From the NCBI GenBank assembly GCA_022451835.1, contig JAKUNX010000002.1:1-31843 (forward strand): 31,843 nt of DNA, written 5' to 3'. The notes below the pieces were generated by a model, which did no database searches, was not told where the DNA came from, and saw nothing but the letters and a program-made list of their open reading frames with translations. Origin of the DNA: Candidatus Poseidoniaceae archaeon. GTDB lineage: Archaea > Thermoplasmatota > Poseidoniia > Poseidoniales > Poseidoniaceae. Below, one piece after another: positions 19,186-26,969 of the stretch. The position numbers were made by a program, and so were the translations under genes. Numbering within the stretch: the stretch's first letter is position 1; each line of letters opens with the position of its first letter.

Positions 19186-20475
19186 TTGAGTAGGGAATAT
19201 ATTGCTAGAGACCCTAGAACAGGCAAACCTCTCAATGTTACAAAATCCAGGTCGAAAAAGCAGTATATTGAATCTCCAGAAGGCCCTTGGTTAGCAATTA
19301 AAGATTCGGATATCATTCCGTTAGCCAACGGTGAGATTCCAGGTTATGAAGTTTCTTGGCGCTCCAAGAGTTACAGTTTAAGCAGAGAAGATGGCATTCT
19401 TGGTTTGACTAGAATAAAAGGTTCGAAGGCAATCGAAGCCCACAACAGTTTATTGATGGCTCTTGAGCATGAGAAGGCAAGTGTGCGCGTCTCTGCCCTC
19501 AAAGCACTTCCAGAGGTTGCAACTCAAAAATCCGATGAATTGTTTGATTGGCTTTCTGTTTTACTTGATGATGAGGATTTATCAGTCCGCCAAGCAGCAA
19601 GCGAGGCACTTTCAATTTCAGCACCAGTGTTTCCATCCGGTGTTGATATTATCATTCATAATGAATTACGTTCATTCGAGCCTAATAGAAGCAAACTTGC
19701 TTTCAAAGGATTAGAATTACTTTGTGAGGCATGGCCTGAGGTTGCTTGTGACCATATAGATGAATTATTTTTGGAAACAGATGCTGATTTAAGATTAAAG
19801 GGTGCTAAGTTATTAGGAAAGGTATTGGTTAAAGCAGGTCACATAGGATGGGATTTGGTTTCATGGGCATTGAATGATGATGATCCTAGGGTTCGTCGAG
19901 CTGCAGCAAAGACTTTGCCAAGGTTAGCCAAAATTGATACTAGGATAGCGACAATTTTCTCTGAAAGAGCATTGTCAGATAGTGATTCTCAGGTTAGAAT
20001 TAGTGCAGTAAAGTCAATACGTTCACTTGACAAAGATAGTGGAAGGGCTAGAGAATTGATTCTGAAAGGCGCTTCTTCTAAGGATAATGCAGTTCGTCGA
20101 GCATGTATTGATATGTTACCAATCCTTTATGGCGAAGAGGTGCTAAGAGGCATTGCAATTGACTTATTAAAGTCAGAGACTGATAAACAACTAATCAAAA
20201 CCTTGACAGATTATGCTACTGATGATTCTATAGAAGGTTCTGAAGCACAAAAGAATCGTTTTCTTGCTCCTGCTCCTGCAGTTCCCAAATTGGATCGGGA
20301 GGTTGCTGAAGCATCAGGCAAAAGCATTGGATTAGAACCCTTAATACCAGATAAATCAAAACAAGAAGACGATTTAGTAGAGAAAAAACAACCATTGAAG
20401 CAGACAAAGGTTACTGATCTGTATCGTAGCGTATCGCAAGATGATATGATGGGATATGACGATGATGAGTACTGA
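19186..20475 (+). CDS. HEAT-repeat protein with an N-terminal beta-rich segment and acidic tail
   Basis: Repeated L.D.D..VR.AA..L units (LDDEDLSVRQAASEAL, LNDDDPRVRRAAAKTL, LSDSDSQVRISAVKSI, KDNAVRRACIDML). TTG start is uncertain. Confidence 0.85.
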   Translation: MSREYIARDPRTGKPLNVTKSRSKKQYIESPEGPWLAIKDSDIIPLANGEIPGYEVSWRSKSYSLSREDGILGLTRIKGSKAIEAHNSLLMALEHEKASVRVSALKALPEVATQKSDELFDWLSVLLDDEDLSVRQAASEALSISAPVFPSGVDIIIHNELRSFEPNRSKLAFKGLELLCEAWPEVACDHIDELFLETDADLRLKGAKLLGKVLVKAGHIGWDLVSWALNDDDPRVRRAAAKTLPRLAKIDTRIATIFSERALSDSDSQVRISAVKSIRSLDKDSGRARELILKGASSKDNAVRRACIDMLPILYGEEVLRGIAIDLLKSETDKQLIKTLTDYATDDSIEGSEAQKNRFLAPAPAVPKLDREVAEASGKSIGLEPLIPDKSKQEDDLVEKKQPLKQTKVTDLYRSVSQDDMMGYDDDEY

Positions 20476-20544
20476 ATGAATGTATTATTATGTCGGCATT
20501 GTTAAGAAGGGGCCGTCGTTGGCCAACCTGCTTATGGTGTAGTT

Positions 20545-20760
20545 ATGAGTGATGCACAGTTCAATGATAAGGCTGAACAATTTGACAGACTTTGGGATGG
20601 AATTACTCCAAAAGGAGTTAACAGGAACAAGGCTTTGAAGTTTAGACAATATATTTTAGAGCACGTACGTCAAACTCGTAGACCACTGAACAGAGAAAAT
20701 GCCCGCAAATATTGGATGGGTATTTTACAACAAGAAATCGCTGAGCAAGACAATTTCTAA
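20545..20760 (+). CDS. Small hypothetical protein (71 aa, helical, Arg-rich centre)
   Basis: Protein-like ORF with an upstream region closely similar to that of the DUF1610 gene. Confidence 0.8.
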   Translation: MSDAQFNDKAEQFDRLWDGITPKGVNRNKALKFRQYILEHVRQTRRPLNRENARKYWMGILQQEIAEQDNF

Positions 20761-20769
20761 ATTCATGTG

Positions 20770-20792
20770 AGGTCACCAACGCCCGGTGACCT
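20770..20792. promoter_or_regulatory. Inverted repeat AGGTCACC-N7-GGTGACCT (operator or RNA hairpin) upstream of the DEAD-box gene
   Basis: Perfect 8-bp arms at 20770-20777 and 20785-20792, immediately after TTCATGT (20762-20768) and before SD GGAGGTGA (20809-20816). Confidence 0.55.
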
Positions 20793-20820
20793 ATTATGTA
20801 CCTAGGGCGGAGGTGAAAGA

Positions 20821-22236
20821 ATGTTCACAAAGCAACGATTCGACAATTGGGAGTTAAAACAATCTACCCTAACAGGTATTGAAAGCCTTGGATGGGAACA
20901 TACAACAACAGTCCAAAGAGACACTATTCCACTTGCTCTTGCTGGCCATGATGTCATTGGGCAAGCAAGGACAGGTTCTGGAAAAACAGGCGCATTTGGT
21001 GTTCCAATAATTGAGGCATGCCAACCAACTGGTAATCTTCAAGCATTGATTCTAGCACCAACTAGAGAGTTAGCAAATCAAGTGTCAGTCGAAATGAACA
21101 ATATTCAGGGTGATTCAGGACTTAAAATTGCCACTGTATATGGTGGCACTGATTTGGAAAAACAGGCACGCCAATTAGCTGAAGGTGTTGATATTATTGT
21201 TGGGACTCCAGGTCGAGTGATGGATATGACTAAGCGTAATTTTATTGATTTATCAAGTCCAACAATTTTTTGTCTTGATGAAGCTGATAGAATGCTAGAC
21301 ATGGGATTTTTCCCTGATATCACTTGGGTAATTGAGAGAATGTCATCTCGAGAACAAACTTTGTTATTCTCTGCCACATTCCCACAAGAGATTCTAGACG
21401 CAGCATACGAATTTATGCATGAACCCGATTTTGTCTTAACAAACTCGGAAGAGTTAGATATTCCGCCAATTAAGATGTACAGTATTAACGTTGGAAGAGC
21501 AAATAAATTGTGGGCTTTGTCAAGGCTTTTAGCGAATGCTAGTGAAGAAGATCAAACAATTGTTTTCTGTAATACCAAAAGAATGGTTGATCTTGCGGTC
21601 CAAAAGTTATCAAGAACCGGAATTGAAGTAAATGGCCTTCATGGAGATTTGTCACAAAATCAGCGTGAAAAGATTTTGAATTTGTTTAAGTCTGGTGAAA
21701 TTAAAACCATTATTGCTACTGATGTTGCGGCAAGAGGAATTGATGTAGATGGGATTACTTTGGTAGTAAACTATGATATTCCAGATGACATGGACAGTTT
21801 TATTCATCGAATTGGCAGAACGGGTAGAATTGGTAGAGAAGGGCAAGCATGGAGTTTGGTCTCTAAGAACGATGCAGGACAATTATCACGAATAATTGCT
21901 ACATACGGATTAGAAATATCACCTACAGAGGTTCCAAATTTGCCTGAAGGGGTACAAAAAGATTCAATATCTTACAAAGATGATTTCATGGAATCGGCTG
22001 ATGTTTTCGGATTTGTACCTATCAAACTAACATCTGATACAGGAATTAATTTGTCTGGACGAATTATATCTCAGTGGCTTGCAGAAAAAATGCGCTGTGA
22101 TGAATTAGCAATAGGACAAATTGAGTTTGAGAATGATTATGCAGTTGTAAATGTTCATTCATCAAAAGTTTCACTAGCATTGAAGGCTATTGAAAAGTAT
22201 GAAATTAACGGACTTAAAATGTCAGCTAAAGTGTGA
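20821..22236 (+). CDS. DEAD-box RNA helicase (DeaD/CshA-like) with a C-terminal DbpA-type RNA-binding domain
   Basis: Q motif (F...L...GW...TTVQ), ARTGSGKT, PTRELA, GTPGR, LDEADRMLDMGF, FSAT, ATDVAARGID and HRIGRTGR. The C-terminus IGQIEFENDYAVVNV is DbpA-like. Confidence 0.95.
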   Translation: MFTKQRFDNWELKQSTLTGIESLGWEHTTTVQRDTIPLALAGHDVIGQARTGSGKTGAFGVPIIEACQPTGNLQALILAPTRELANQVSVEMNNIQGDSGLKIATVYGGTDLEKQARQLAEGVDIIVGTPGRVMDMTKRNFIDLSSPTIFCLDEADRMLDMGFFPDITWVIERMSSREQTLLFSATFPQEILDAAYEFMHEPDFVLTNSEELDIPPIKMYSINVGRANKLWALSRLLANASEEDQTIVFCNTKRMVDLAVQKLSRTGIEVNGLHGDLSQNQREKILNLFKSGEIKTIIATDVAARGIDVDGITLVVNYDIPDDMDSFIHRIGRTGRIGREGQAWSLVSKNDAGQLSRIIATYGLEISPTEVPNLPEGVQKDSISYKDDFMESADVFGFVPIKLTSDTGINLSGRIISQWLAEKMRCDELAIGQIEFENDYAVVNVHSSKVSLALKAIEKYEINGLKMSAKV

Positions 22237-23199
22237 CTACTCTGATTCAGATAAAGCGCTTTCTTTGTCTGATGTATCACGCTTATCAATTTTAATGGCC
22301 ACTCCTGCAGCAATCAGTAGTCCAATAAAAGCCATCGACCATGCAGTATTGATTGCATTATCCCATGTATTTTGAGCCGCCATACATTGATTAGTAGAAA
22401 TACTAGAAAAAGAGCAGAAGTCTAAAGTTTCTTTTGCTTGCATTGCTTCCTCATTGTTAGTGACAGAATACGCTGATGAGATTAGCATTAGCAATACAAA
22501 TCCTAAGATTGCATAGTGAACTTTACTCCATGATTTTCTGAAAGAAACATGGTATTTTTCATTACTTGAATCAATTGTTGTTGAAGTTCCTCTAACTTTT
22601 AAGAACCAAATCAACCACATTACTACCAATACTAACAAAAATCCCCAGTTGTAAATTGCTTCATGATATTGCCAAACGGGATTAAGACAACTTGGGTTGT
22701 TAGGATCAAGTGAGCAAGAGTCAACAGCAATCGGATAAAATGCTACCAGTCTTACTATATTGAGGACATACACTATTCCACACATTACAGCAATAGAGCG
22801 GAATTTAACTTTTTGTGAAACTCCATCAGTCATAATTATCAACGTTGAGATGAATAACATTTCATGTACTCCTGCACATTCATCGGAAACGTACAATGCT
22901 ACTGTGTCTGAAAATCCAGGGAAAATCTCATTATGCAAGTTTACTTGAATCATCCAGCCATTATTTGTTGTTAGTGTTGCAGTCCCCTCACCATAGATTA
23001 GATTAGTTAATTCACTCCATATCCATGCTTCACTAATTTGAATTGGTACTAGTGTGTTAGAAGGTTGTGTGATAAACCAGTATATTGCCTCAATAAATAA
23101 CAATGCTAGGGGAATTTTGAGATAAGACTTTGATAATTCTAGCACTTCACCCCAAGACATATCTTGAGACTTAATATCTCTCGAAGCGGTCTTGGTCAT
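22237..23199 (-). CDS. Archaeosortase/exosortase-family protein
   Basis: Multi-TM protein with candidate catalytic Cys (VSDECAG), Arg (LNIVRL) and His (YHEAIY). The start was moved from 23301 to ATG 23199, which has TTCATGT 22 nt upstream and avoids overlap with the divergent gene. Confidence 0.85.
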   Translation of the reverse strand: MTKTASRDIKSQDMSWGEVLELSKSYLKIPLALLFIEAIYWFITQPSNTLVPIQISEAWIWSELTNLIYGEGTATLTTNNGWMIQVNLHNEIFPGFSDTVALYVSDECAGVHEMLFISTLIIMTDGVSQKVKFRSIAVMCGIVYVLNIVRLVAFYPIAVDSCSLDPNNPSCLNPVWQYHEAIYNWGFLLVLVVMWLIWFLKVRGTSTTIDSSNEKYHVSFRKSWSKVHYAILGFVLLMLISSAYSVTNNEEAMQAKETLDFCSFSSISTNQCMAAQNTWDNAINTAWSMAFIGLLIAAGVAIKIDKRDTSDKESALSESE

Positions 23200-23300
23200 G
23201 ATACTCCGTGGGGGTCTATACACATGAATATGCGGTATGCTTAATATTGGTAAATCGGATTGTTTGTATATCAACAGGTTTTGGTTATATTGATACGGCA

Positions 23301-23552
23301 ATGGCTAGTGACGGATTACAACATAAACTAACTCATCATCTTGATGTTTTAGGATTCTTTTGTCCTGTGCCATTAAATGAGACAAAAAAGGCTCTAAAAT
23401 CACTTTCAACTGGAGACATAATTGGTGTAAAATCTGATGATCCAGAAACTTTGCATGATATTCCGATGTATTTGGGGCGAACAGAACATTTACTAAGAGA
23501 AGTAGTTCATGAATCCGGTGAATATTTTTTCATAATTGAGGTGAATAAATGA
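23301..23552 (+). CDS. tusA: TusA/SirA-family sulfur carrier (83 aa)
   Basis: LDVLGFFCPVP (CPxP) and SDDP...DIP. ATG 23301 is the plausible start. Confidence 0.88.
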   Translation: MASDGLQHKLTHHLDVLGFFCPVPLNETKKALKSLSTGDIIGVKSDDPETLHDIPMYLGRTEHLLREVVHESGEYFFIIEVNK

Positions 23553-24181
23553 CTGATGTAAATGAGATAACTGAAAATCATTCCAATATTCCAAGTATGG
23601 CAAAACTTCCTACAACATTTGGTGAATTTGTAATTAGAGTTTTTCATGAAAAATCTACAGGTTTTGATCATGTCGCATTAACACTTGGAGATATGCAAGG
23701 ACCAGACCCAGTCTTAATTAGAGTTCATTCTGAATGTTTGACTGGCGATGCTTTCGGCAGCCTTAGGTGTGATTGTGGTCCACAATTACATGCAGCTTTA
23801 GATGCTATTAGAGACAAGGGCTGGGGATGCTTATTATACCTAAGGCAAGAAGGTAGAGGAATTGGTCTTCACGCTAAAATTCAAGCATATCATCTCCAGG
23901 ATAAGGGCGCAGATACATTAGATGCAAATCTTATGCTTGGCTATCCGGGTGACGCTAGAGATTACCAGATTGCTGCTAATATGCTAAAAAGTTTAGAAAT
24001 TGAAAAGGTTACACTCTTGACCAACAATCCAAACAAGATTGAGCAATTGAGATCATATGGCATTGATGTAGTTAATCGAGAAAACCTTGTAGTTGGTGTT
24101 AGTGACTCAAATAGATCTTACCTAGAAACAAAAGTAGAACGTATGGGTCATTCAATAGATAAAAATGAACTTAAGGATTAG
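23549..24181 (+). CDS. ribA: GTP cyclohydrolase II (bacterial-type RibA)
   Basis: RVHSECLTGD, RCDCGPQL (Zn Cys), YLRQEGRGIG, ARDY and LLTNNPNK. ATGA overlap with tusA and SD GAGGTGA at 23538-23544. Confidence 0.95.
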   Translation: MTDVNEITENHSNIPSMAKLPTTFGEFVIRVFHEKSTGFDHVALTLGDMQGPDPVLIRVHSECLTGDAFGSLRCDCGPQLHAALDAIRDKGWGCLLYLRQEGRGIGLHAKIQAYHLQDKGADTLDANLMLGYPGDARDYQIAANMLKSLEIEKVTLLTNNPNKIEQLRSYGIDVVNRENLVVGVSDSNRSYLETKVERMGHSIDKNELKD

Positions 24182-24182
24182 A

Positions 24183-24258
24183 TGGGGCCGTGGCCGGGAA
24201 TTGAACCCGGGCTGGGGGAACCACAATCCCCCGTGCTAACCCCTACACCACCACAGCC
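24183..24258 (-). tRNA. tRNA-His(GUG), intronless, with G-1, C73 and CCA encoded
   Basis: Reverse complement: G-GCTGTGG TG GTGT AGGGGTTA GCAC G GGGGA TTGTGGT TCCCC CAGC CCGGG TTCAATT CCCGG CCACGGC C CCA. Full cloverleaf, GTG anticodon, and the G-1:C73 His identity pair. Confidence 0.97.
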
Positions 24259-24386
24259 ATCTAGAGTAGTTCGTCGTAAATTGTATGGTATTTCAATAAT
24301 CCGATTCTTAATTAACAATCTCAAATTAAACATTTGTTGAACTATTCACCCTGTATTTCTTTAGTACATAGCCACTACCACTAATC

Positions 24387-26762
24387 ATGCGAAGCATGAG
24401 TAATAGAATTCAAGTCTTGGTAATTTTATCAATTCTGTTGTGCTCAACCAGCATGAATGCTGTAGCTAGGAGTGTTCACTCAACTAATGAAGTAGATATT
24501 TTTCCACAAGGTGAAATCTCATCTGATAGTACCTGGTATCTTGATGACAAGATCACTTTTACGCAGGATAATGCTGATTATACAGTATCAATGGTAGAAG
24601 ATAATCGTATCACATTTGAACATTCACGTCCAGCAAATCTGCAACCTGTGAAACTTTGGTCACAAACTTCACCAACGAATTCTCAGAATGTCAATGGCGC
24701 TCCCGATTTGAGTTATACTTACACCAAAGGACCTGTAATTGAAGTGACAGATTTTGACGCAACACCGTATGACCAATATGAAATAATTGCAGTAAATATT
24801 CTGGTAGCATTTCACATACCAGGTGCATTATTGCAAGATCAGGTTAGGTTTTCCATGAATAATGGTGGTGATTATCATGAGTTAGTTACCTATGTGAATA
24901 CTCAAAACCCAATTGATTACATGAATGGAACAACATGGTCTGAAAATATAACCGATAAAGGAGACTGGAGCTGGAGTGATTTGCAAAACTTGATTGTTAC
25001 ATTAGATTATGTATCTCTTGGCACTACTGATGACACACAGTTAGATATCGATGCTGTTGGTTTATCAGTACTTGTTGAGTATCCTTGGTATGGTACAGAA
25101 TGGGCATCAGTAGAATCTACTTCTCAAGGTTTTGAAATGCCAGTATTTCCAATCAATTTTGAATCTGGATATTTTGATAATTTGCAAATTTCTAATTGTG
25201 GTCTTTCTCCAGTAAGCCAAGGAGTAGAAGGAGTTTGGACAAGTGAAATATTAACATCTCAACCAGGTCAAAGTTTTGGTCGAATTCATTTTCAAGTTGA
25301 CAATAGTGGAAATTATTTGATCGAAGTATCAGAATCAATTAATGGAATAGATTTTACAGATTATGTTGCTGTAAGTACTAATGATTTGATAGATAGTGAA
25401 ATCATTAGAGTTAGAGTTAAATCATCAGATACATGCATTTCTTCAATTAATCTAGATTATAATGACCCCACGTTGGTAATAGATGGTAGAGTGTTTGGTT
25501 CGCTAGATGGGCTTGCGACAGATTATTCACGTTGGAAGGTTTTTGTAAATGGTGAAGAAGCCTCTTACCAACTGATAAATCAATTGACCACATTTAGTGT
25601 AAATGTTTCAATCGGTCAATTCTTAGATTCTGGAATCAACGATTTGACAATAAAGTTACAAGCATGGTTTAATTGGGATTCATCCGGTAATCAGAGCACT
25701 ACTCTGCTTGAGATTACTTCAATGGCAGTATCTGGCGGTTTTGAAGTAGAATGGGATGAAGATCCAGTTTGCCAGACTATTGGTCCACAGTACTTTATCG
25801 AAGATGGTTTGGGAATTTTGATACCATTCCTTGATAGATGTGTTGATGATAGAACCAATTCAGAAAATTTGTCAGTATCATTTTCAGTTGCTGATGATTC
25901 ATTGTTGAGCGCGACTGTAGTACAAGATGATATCAAATTGGTTTTGATGCCTGAACAGTTTGGAGTAACAACAGTTACAGTTGATGTTACAGATGAGTCT
26001 GCCAATATGTGGACTGAAACCTTTGTTGTTTATGTTGAAGAAGTTGATGACATGCCGCAAATAGATGAATTTCCATCAATTGTTCCGGTAGAATCTGATG
26101 TTTCAACAACAATCCCATTTTCCTACTTTGATATTGATTCAACAGGCCTTACTGTTACAACTGATAAATCATGGGCGGTTGTTGATTTGTCAACTTCTAC
26201 AATTATAGTATCTCCACCAACCACCTCCTCATCAACACCGATAGTAGTAACAGTTTGTGATCAAACCTCATGCGTAAACCAAACTTTGGTTTTGGAAGTT
26301 CTTACCCTTGCTGAACTTTACATTGAAGATATTGTAGTTGATTCATCAAAGATTTTCGAAGGAGATGTCGTCCCAGTTAGGATCTATGTAAGAAATTCAG
26401 GCAATAGTGAGGCTTCACTAATTTCCGTAAGGTGTCAATCTGGCGATACATTAGTTGGAATAAAGTCAATTGTGATGCTTAAATCTGGAGAACTTGGAGT
26501 AGTGACTTGTGATTGGAAGCAGACAGATTCAGGGACAAAATCTCTAACTGTTGAATTAGACAGGGTTAACGAGATTTTGGAAAGTGATGAGTCAAATAAT
26601 ATTGGTACTATTACAATTGAAGTTTCACAATCTAATTCAGATGATTCATCATCCAATTCTTTAATTTCAACTAGCACATTGTGGATATTCACTTTTGTTA
26701 TTATTGCATTAGTTGTCGTGTTATTTTCAGCATTTGCGCCAGGGAAAATAAAGAAACTGTAA
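24387..26762 (+). CDS. Secreted surface protein with cadherin/Ig-like repeats, CARDB domain and C-terminal TM anchor
   Basis: Signal peptide, FGVTTVTVDVTD...V.V.EVDDMPQI (cadherin-like), CARDB (VRNSGNSEA...LDRVNEILESDESNNI), Ser-rich linker, TM, and tail APGKIKKL. Confidence 0.88.
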   Translation: MRSMSNRIQVLVILSILLCSTSMNAVARSVHSTNEVDIFPQGEISSDSTWYLDDKITFTQDNADYTVSMVEDNRITFEHSRPANLQPVKLWSQTSPTNSQNVNGAPDLSYTYTKGPVIEVTDFDATPYDQYEIIAVNILVAFHIPGALLQDQVRFSMNNGGDYHELVTYVNTQNPIDYMNGTTWSENITDKGDWSWSDLQNLIVTLDYVSLGTTDDTQLDIDAVGLSVLVEYPWYGTEWASVESTSQGFEMPVFPINFESGYFDNLQISNCGLSPVSQGVEGVWTSEILTSQPGQSFGRIHFQVDNSGNYLIEVSESINGIDFTDYVAVSTNDLIDSEIIRVRVKSSDTCISSINLDYNDPTLVIDGRVFGSLDGLATDYSRWKVFVNGEEASYQLINQLTTFSVNVSIGQFLDSGINDLTIKLQAWFNWDSSGNQSTTLLEITSMAVSGGFEVEWDEDPVCQTIGPQYFIEDGLGILIPFLDRCVDDRTNSENLSVSFSVADDSLLSATVVQDDIKLVLMPEQFGVTTVTVDVTDESANMWTETFVVYVEEVDDMPQIDEFPSIVPVESDVSTTIPFSYFDIDSTGLTVTTDKSWAVVDLSTSTIIVSPPTTSSSTPIVVTVCDQTSCVNQTLVLEVLTLAELYIEDIVVDSSKIFEGDVVPVRIYVRNSGNSEASLISVRCQSGDTLVGIKSIVMLKSGELGVVTCDWKQTDSGTKSLTVELDRVNEILESDESNNIGTITIEVSQSNSDDSSSNSLISTSTLWIFTFVIIALVVVLFSAFAPGKIKKL

Positions 26763-26897
26763 GTTTAATTTTTCAAATATCTATTGTCGGATAATGTCAA
26801 AATGACCCTATAATTTGATATGTGTTATGTAAAAGGAAAGTATACTTTGAGACTGTGGGGGTCGTTCAACTAAGGTTGACAAAGTGGATGTGGGGAC

Positions 26898-26963
26898 ATG
26901 TCAGAATTGAAAGTAAGAATAGAAACAGAGGAATATATCTACGAAGAGTATGTTGAAGCTTGA
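26898..26963 (+). CDS. Candidate 21-aa micropeptide MSELKVRIETEEYIYEEYVEA
   Basis: ATG preceded by SD-like GGATGTGGGG, purine-rich coding-like strand, in-frame stop upstream at 26877, TATA-like TTATGTAA at 26825-26832. It fills an otherwise unexplained 207-bp gap between convergent genes. Confidence 0.55.
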   Translation: MSELKVRIETEEYIYEEYVEA

Positions 26964-26969
26964 CTTAGG

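Noticed and set aside
23200-23301. Overlapping N-terminal extensions of the archaeosortase (to 23301) and TusA (from 23208)
   Set aside because: The extensions are not protein-like. Downstream ATGs fit the promoter spacing and leave a normal divergent intergenic region.
24183-24258. tRNA-His as an integration site for an island
   Set aside because: I saw no duplicated tRNA 3' end, integrase or compositional shift, and the flanking genes look native.
26850-26900. H/ACA or C/D guide RNA next to cbf5
   Set aside because: The hairpin is too short, and I found no convincing K-turn/K-loop, pseudouridylation pocket or C/D boxes.
26888-26956. Alternative 22-aa sORF MWGHVRIESKNRNRGIYLRRVC in another frame
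   Set aside because: Its ATG lies inside the SD-like tract and it is less protein-like than the 26898 frame. It is not strictly excluded without conservation data.
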